This document shows positions 58,980-64,000 of a stretch of 64,000 nucleotides of DNA, in pieces. The translations under genes and the position numbers were made by a program. Position 1 is the stretch's first letter, and every line of letters begins with the position of its first letter. Source of the DNA: an uncultured virus (IMG/VR IMGVR_UViG_3300044948_000587) (taxonomy: Duplodnaviria; Heunggongvirae; Uroviricota; Caudoviricetes); IMG/VR virus record IMGVR_UViG_3300044948_000587, one strand, 5' to 3'. Below the pieces are notes generated by a model that did not search any database, was not told where the DNA came from, and saw nothing but the letters and a program-made list of their open reading frames with translations.

Positions 58980-60236
58980 ATGGAAAATAACACAAAAAAA
59001 CTAAATTTAGTTTACGATAAGTGGGATGACAACACAAAAAAACCAACACCAAACGGTAGTTGGGATGCCTCTAACTTAATAAACCATTTCATAAATGATT
59101 CATTTAAATACAATAAATTTGAGTTGAAAAATTGTAAATTAGAAGATGTTTATGAAAATAAAAATGAAAAATACTATTATTTTTTTACACACGGTAGAGA
59201 GGAACTATCAAAAATTTTTGACAGAGAATTACCATTTGAAATTGATATATTAAACTGTTTAAAAGACTGCCCAAATTTTTATTTTGTTTACATTACAGAA
59301 CATGAACCAGATAATGAAAGTGGGTTCAGAATGTTACGAGAATTTATATCTTATCAAAAATTAAACGAAACACAATTTTACGTCATAAATAATAATGATA
59401 AACTTAATGAATATAAAATAAAATATAATAGTAATATAAATGTGCATTCATTGCAATTCATAGCTCACTCCTCAACAAAAGTTTTAGATTATGTTGGCGG
59501 GTGTAGTTTTATTCCTAACAAAACAGGTAAATTTGCTATGTTATTTAATAAATCCCCGAGATCTCAAAGGGCGTGTTTGTTATGTCTATTAATGAAAAAT
59601 GGATTACTTAACCAAATGAATTGGTCTTTTGTACCAACATATAATGTTAACATAGATGAAAGGTATTTTAAGGATTTATTAAGTGAAAATGATATAAATG
59701 ACATTAAATCTGAGATTGATGATTTTTCTAAATTAGAAATTAAAATCAGTGATTTTGAGGAAGAAAAAAATTGGTTTAACAAACACGAACAACCAAATAT
59801 GGCTGGGTTACCAAAAATAATGACAATACCAGAGTACCCAAAAAATTATGAAAATTCATATGTTAACATTGTTACCGAATCAATGTATTTTAAAAAGTAT
59901 AATGTAATCCACATAACTGAAAAATCATTTAGACCATTTTATTATTATCAAATCCCATTAATATTGGCGTCCGAAGGACATGTTAAAAAAATAAAAGAGA
60001 GATATGGGTTAGATTTTTTTGACGACATCATTGACCACAGTTATGATGGTATTAAAAATGATAGAGATAGATTATATGCTTTTGTAAAAGAAATTGAAAG
60101 AATACATCAAAATAAAGACCAAATCATTGAATTTTATAAAAAAAATCAAGAAAGATTTGAAGATAATAAAAGAAAAATCATTAAAAATTTAGATTTAGTT
60201 AATGATGAATATGAATTTTTTAAAAACTTAATTTAA
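58980..60236 (+). CDS. Putative glycosyltransferase-like protein (TEK family, paralog 4 of 4)
   Basis: Close paralog of 54263-55525: LNLVYDKW, NIVTES, HITEKSFRPF, FDDIIDHSYD. Confidence 0.5.
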   Translation: MENNTKKLNLVYDKWDDNTKKPTPNGSWDASNLINHFINDSFKYNKFELKNCKLEDVYENKNEKYYYFFTHGREELSKIFDRELPFEIDILNCLKDCPNFYFVYITEHEPDNESGFRMLREFISYQKLNETQFYVINNNDKLNEYKIKYNSNINVHSLQFIAHSSTKVLDYVGGCSFIPNKTGKFAMLFNKSPRSQRACLLCLLMKNGLLNQMNWSFVPTYNVNIDERYFKDLLSENDINDIKSEIDDFSKLEIKISDFEEEKNWFNKHEQPNMAGLPKIMTIPEYPKNYENSYVNIVTESMYFKKYNVIHITEKSFRPFYYYQIPLILASEGHVKKIKERYGLDFFDDIIDHSYDGIKNDRDRLYAFVKEIERIHQNKDQIIEFYKKNQERFEDNKRKIIKNLDLVNDEYEFFKNLI

Positions 60237-60946
60237 TGGGAACATTATGGACTTTTGGTTGCAGTTTTACTGCGGAGTGGTATCCAGTGGGATATGAAAA
60301 CCCATCGACATACGATGAATATAAAAAATTTAAAGGAGGTACGTTACCTGATGTGTGGCCAATTATTTTAGGTAAAAAATTAAATTATGACCTTAGAAAC
60401 TGTGCCTTTGGTGGGTCATCAAATTATAATATATTAAAACAGTTTATTAATGCAATTGATAACATAAATGAGGGGGACATATTAATATTTGGATGGACAA
60501 GTTTACTTAGATTTTGTGCTGTTAGTGAATCGGAACATAAAATTATTGAAATGTTACCAAGATATTCATATGATGTAAATGTTGGTTATTCAAAAACAAC
60601 TGTTGATGAAATATTGGTTAATAGGTCACATCCATTATGGGCGGAAGAGGTTAATAATTGGATTAAGTTTATTAATGATTATTGTTGTTTAAAAAATGTT
60701 GAGATATTTCATTGGAATAGTGATATTTTGTTGTTTGACGAGAACTCCAAATTTATTGATGATAAAAAATACATATTACCACCAAAAGGAAATCAGAATG
60801 AAACAATGATTAATTATTTTACCAATAATATAGGAACAATACAAGATGAAACTGATGGTAAAATTAATGATTTACATTTAGGTGAGTTTGGTCACATTAA
60901 ACAAGCTGAATATTTTTATAATCACATAAAAAAACACATAAAATGA
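60236..60946 (+). CDS. SGNH/GDSL-like protein
   Basis: FGCSFT, GGSSN, DLHLGEFGH. Confidence 0.65.
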   Translation: MGTLWTFGCSFTAEWYPVGYENPSTYDEYKKFKGGTLPDVWPIILGKKLNYDLRNCAFGGSSNYNILKQFINAIDNINEGDILIFGWTSLLRFCAVSESEHKIIEMLPRYSYDVNVGYSKTTVDEILVNRSHPLWAEEVNNWIKFINDYCCLKNVEIFHWNSDILLFDENSKFIDDKKYILPPKGNQNETMINYFTNNIGTIQDETDGKINDLHLGEFGHIKQAEYFYNHIKKHIK

Positions 60947-61566
60947 GGTTAATAACATTTGGAGATAGTTGGACTGCGGGTCATGGTATTGAAACTGATA
61001 TAAAATATAAAGAGGAACCATTTCCAGATGCATTCACACAAAAATTAAGGGATATGAATTCGTGGCCAAGATGGGTTGCACAAAAACTTGATTGTCCATA
61101 TGTTAATCTTGGTGTTTGTGGTTATGGAAACGAATACATTTTAAATGAGATTGATGGAATTAAAAATTTTGGATTATTATCTAAAGACGACATCATCATT
61201 GTTATGTTCTCATATCCATATAGATATAAATCTAAAGATAGTCACAATGTTGTTGAGATATTCTTACTAATGGAAGAAATTTTAAAAGATTATAAACATT
61301 TTTATTTTAATTCATTTTACCCATCGTTTAGGGAGGAGGATGTCGACACCAAAAAACTACCATCATATTTCATTAATCCCGATGGGTGTGTTTCAGATAT
61401 TTTAAGGGAATATGAAATTAAAAATGATGAATCAGTTTGGGAGTATGGTAATAGAAGTGTATGGAATGACGAGGAAAATTTTTACGAGGGAGATTATCAC
61501 CCAAATTTAAATGGTTATAAAATAATTGGAGATTACATATATGAACAAATTAATAAAATTATATAA
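60943..61566 (+). CDS. SGNH/GDSL-like protein
   Basis: FGDSWTAGHG, NLGVCGYGN, DYHPNLNGY. Confidence 0.72.
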   Translation: MRLITFGDSWTAGHGIETDIKYKEEPFPDAFTQKLRDMNSWPRWVAQKLDCPYVNLGVCGYGNEYILNEIDGIKNFGLLSKDDIIIVMFSYPYRYKSKDSHNVVEIFLLMEEILKDYKHFYFNSFYPSFREEDVDTKKLPSYFINPDGCVSDILREYEIKNDESVWEYGNRSVWNDEENFYEGDYHPNLNGYKIIGDYIYEQINKII

Positions 61567-62287
61567 CGAAGATAATATTAAAATATGGGTGGATTATTTA
61601 ACTCATGTTGATATTAAATTTAATGGGTATAAACCAAAAATTCAAAACAACTCAAAACACTATGCTGTTATAATTGAACCTAGACAACATCTTAATTTAG
61701 CGTTGGTGATGAAATCAACAATGTTTCATTTAAATGAGAATGAATCACCAATTAAGTGGGGATTACAAATTTTTCATGGTACGAATAACGAAGACTATAT
61801 AAAAAACATAACTAAAGATTGGGGTGGAGTTGAATATTTTAATATGGGGGTTAGAAACTTATCAAATATTGAACATAGTGAGTATATGGAAACATCGGAT
61901 TTTTGGAAAAATGTAAAAGGGGATAAGGCTTTAATTTTTCAAACAGATTCTTTACTATTAAGAAGCGGTATTGATGAATTCTTATCTTATGATTACATAG
62001 GAGCTCCGTGGAGAAAACCAAAAGAAAATCAGTGGGTTGGTAATGGAGGATTATCATTAAGAACCGTTAGTAAAATGATTGAAATTTGTGAAAATAACCC
62101 AGTTACCGAACAAATTTGGGAAGATATTTATTTTATGAAACATATGAAAGGAATGGGTGTTGCTGATGTTGAAACCGCGTCAAAATTTAGTATGGAAGAC
62201 GTATTTTCAAAAAACCCCTTAGGTGTTCATAACCCAATAAGACACATTGAACCAAAACAATTAAAAAAGGTTCTTTTTAAAAAATAG
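61541..62287 (+). CDS. DUF5672-like putative glycosyltransferase
   Basis: LIFQTDS, YDYIGAPW, VGNGGLSLR, EDIYF, FSME, LGVH. Confidence 0.75.
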   Translation: MNKLIKLYNEDNIKIWVDYLTHVDIKFNGYKPKIQNNSKHYAVIIEPRQHLNLALVMKSTMFHLNENESPIKWGLQIFHGTNNEDYIKNITKDWGGVEYFNMGVRNLSNIEHSEYMETSDFWKNVKGDKALIFQTDSLLLRSGIDEFLSYDYIGAPWRKPKENQWVGNGGLSLRTVSKMIEICENNPVTEQIWEDIYFMKHMKGMGVADVETASKFSMEDVFSKNPLGVHNPIRHIEPKQLKKVLFKK

Positions 62288-62290
62288 ACA

Positions 62291-63955
62291 ATGTATATAA
62301 TCGGAATATCGGCATTTTATCATGACTCCTCTGTATGTTTATTCAGAGATAACCAATTAATATTTGCATGTGAAGAAGAAAAGTTCACAGGGATAAAACA
62401 CGATAGTTCATTCCCTGATAGGGCGTTAGATTATATATATATAAAATATAAAATAAACGAGAAAAATTTACAGGCGGTTTGTTATTACGAAGACCCAAAA
62501 TTAAAATACCAAAGAGTAGTTGATAACATTAGACCACAACTATTTAAAAACCCCTTTTATTCTATTAAATCTTTTTTAAAGATTAAAAGAAACATGAAAA
62601 CTTTAGATAAAAGACTTAAAGAGTTATCACCTAATGTTTTTTATTCCACACATCATGAGGCTCACCAATATTATTCATATTACACATCACCATTTGAAAA
62701 GGCAACTTGTCTATCAATAGATGGTGTTGGTGAGATTGATACGTTATCGGTTGGTTTTGGTGACTACCAAGGTATTGAATATGGTAGTATGGCGAAATAC
62801 CCACATTCGTTAGGTTTATTTTATTCTGCAATGACCTCATTTTTAGGGTTTAGACCAAATGAAGGTGAATATAAAATGATGGGATTGGCCCCATATGGAA
62901 ATTCGGAAATTTATATTGATAAGGTAAGAAAATTAATTACATATAAAAATAGTAAATTGGAATGTAATATGGATGTTTTTTGTTGGAATACATCTGACAA
63001 AACCATGTTCAATGATAATCTTTCTACATTACTTGAGATTGACCAACGTATACCTGACGATAGTTTAGAACCAGTACACAAAGATTTAGCGGCATCAGTA
63101 CAAAAAGTTTACGAAGAAATATTATTCAAAATTTTAAAATCAATTTCAATTATAAGTGAAAGTCAAAATTTATGTTTAAGTGGAGGTTGTGCATATAATG
63201 GAACGGCAAATGGTAAGATTGTTAACGATTCGGCATTCAGTCATTTATGGATACCACCGGCACCATCTGATGCGGGTTCTGCAATAGGTGCTGTCATTCA
63301 TTATTTAGTTAAGGAAAAGAAAGTTAGAAATAAAGTGACCAAAAATCCATTCTTAGGACCAATGTATTTTCTTGATGAGATTAAAGACGCCATTAAGAAA
63401 ACTAAAAATTATAAGTTTGCGTCAGATACAAGTCTTATAGATTATGTCGCGAAAAAATTAAAAGAGGGTAAAGTTGTGGGTTGGTTTCATGGTCACATTG
63501 AATTCGGTTCAAGAGCATTGGGTAATCGATCAATCTTGGCAGACCCAACTATTGAGGGTATGAAAGACAGGATTAATAAAGTCATTAAAAAACGAGAAGG
63601 GTTTAGACCATTTGCGCCGATGGTGACTAAAGAAAGACAAGATGAATTTTTTGAAATGACTGACGATATCCCATATATGAATCAAGTGGTTAAGGTTAAA
63701 CCAGAATATAGAGACATATTAAAAGCGGTAACTCACGTAGACGGTTCAGCAAGAGTACAAACGGTATATAAAAACACCATGATATATGATTTATTAAAAT
63801 CATTTGAAAAGGTATCAGGGTACCCAATATTATTAAACACGTCGTTTAATGTTAAAGATAAAACAATGGTATTGACACCCAAAGATGCGGTAGATACTTT
63901 TTACGATACTGACATGGATTTGTTGGTTATAGGTAATTATATAATATATAAATAA
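62291..63955 (+). CDS. O-carbamoyltransferase (NodU/CmcH/TobZ family)
   Basis: YHDSS, EEEKF, HHEAH, DGVGE, EYKMMGLAPYG, EFGSRALGNRSIL, RPFAP, HVDGSARVQTV, LLNTSFN. Confidence 0.95.
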   Translation: MYIIGISAFYHDSSVCLFRDNQLIFACEEEKFTGIKHDSSFPDRALDYIYIKYKINEKNLQAVCYYEDPKLKYQRVVDNIRPQLFKNPFYSIKSFLKIKRNMKTLDKRLKELSPNVFYSTHHEAHQYYSYYTSPFEKATCLSIDGVGEIDTLSVGFGDYQGIEYGSMAKYPHSLGLFYSAMTSFLGFRPNEGEYKMMGLAPYGNSEIYIDKVRKLITYKNSKLECNMDVFCWNTSDKTMFNDNLSTLLEIDQRIPDDSLEPVHKDLAASVQKVYEEILFKILKSISIISESQNLCLSGGCAYNGTANGKIVNDSAFSHLWIPPAPSDAGSAIGAVIHYLVKEKKVRNKVTKNPFLGPMYFLDEIKDAIKKTKNYKFASDTSLIDYVAKKLKEGKVVGWFHGHIEFGSRALGNRSILADPTIEGMKDRINKVIKKREGFRPFAPMVTKERQDEFFEMTDDIPYMNQVVKVKPEYRDILKAVTHVDGSARVQTVYKNTMIYDLLKSFEKVSGYPILLNTSFNVKDKTMVLTPKDAVDTFYDTDMDLLVIGNYIIYK

Positions 63956-64000
63956 ATGTCTAAAATTCTAATCATAGGGGATAGTTTTGTTGGTAAAGGT
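63956..64000 (+). CDS. SGNH-like protein, N-terminus only (cut by window edge)
   Basis: MSKILIIGDSFVGKG. Confidence 0.55.
   Translation, partial: MSKILIIGDSFVGKG

Noticed and set aside
36998..64000. Bacterial O-antigen or capsule locus
   Set aside because: No flippase, polymerase, chain-length regulator or exporter visible; contiguous with phage fibre genes and shares the same promoter motif
1..64000. Alternative genetic code (stop reassignment), tRNA or rRNA genes
   Set aside because: Genes are full length and tightly packed under code 11; intergenic gaps are short and I saw no cloverleaf or rRNA-like sequence (not tested computationally)

Overview
AT-rich, densely coding 64 kb segment that reads as part of a jumbo (huge) tailed phage genome, probably infecting Bacteroidota. 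Evidence for the host: repeated (T/A/C)TTG-N19/20-TATATT promoters resembling the Bacteroidota sigma-A consensus, no obvious Shine-Dalgarno sites, a short RpoD-like sigma factor, an Hc1-like histone protein and a DUF6576-like motif. Standard code 11 fits. Three blocks: (1) 1-19.7 kb, DNA metabolism and host takeover: probable restriction-modification pair, SbcC/gp46 ATPase, heptose genes hldD/hldE, ClpP, sigma factor, NusG, second methylase, AAA ATPase, Trx/Grx, membrane/lysis-like genes including a probable -1 frameshift gene, and acidic putative head proteins. (2) 19.8-37 kb, virion fibre genes with long proline-free Gly-(Ser/Thr)-Ser triplet tracts, an S74 chaperone, and six small or lectin proteins sharing an N-terminal tag. 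(3) 37-64 kb, a glycan-building island: three GT7 enzymes each with an inserted LamG-like domain, two radical SAM enzymes, NDP-sugar epimerases, RmlC, a minimal split TPP enzyme, a reductase-2OG oxygenase fusion, five SGNH proteins, four paralogous GT-like proteins and a carbamoyltransferase. Main hypothesis (inference): the phage encodes its own protein O-glycosylation system that builds unusual sugars and coats its Ser/Thr-rich fibres. All family calls come from motif recognition by eye; no searches were run.
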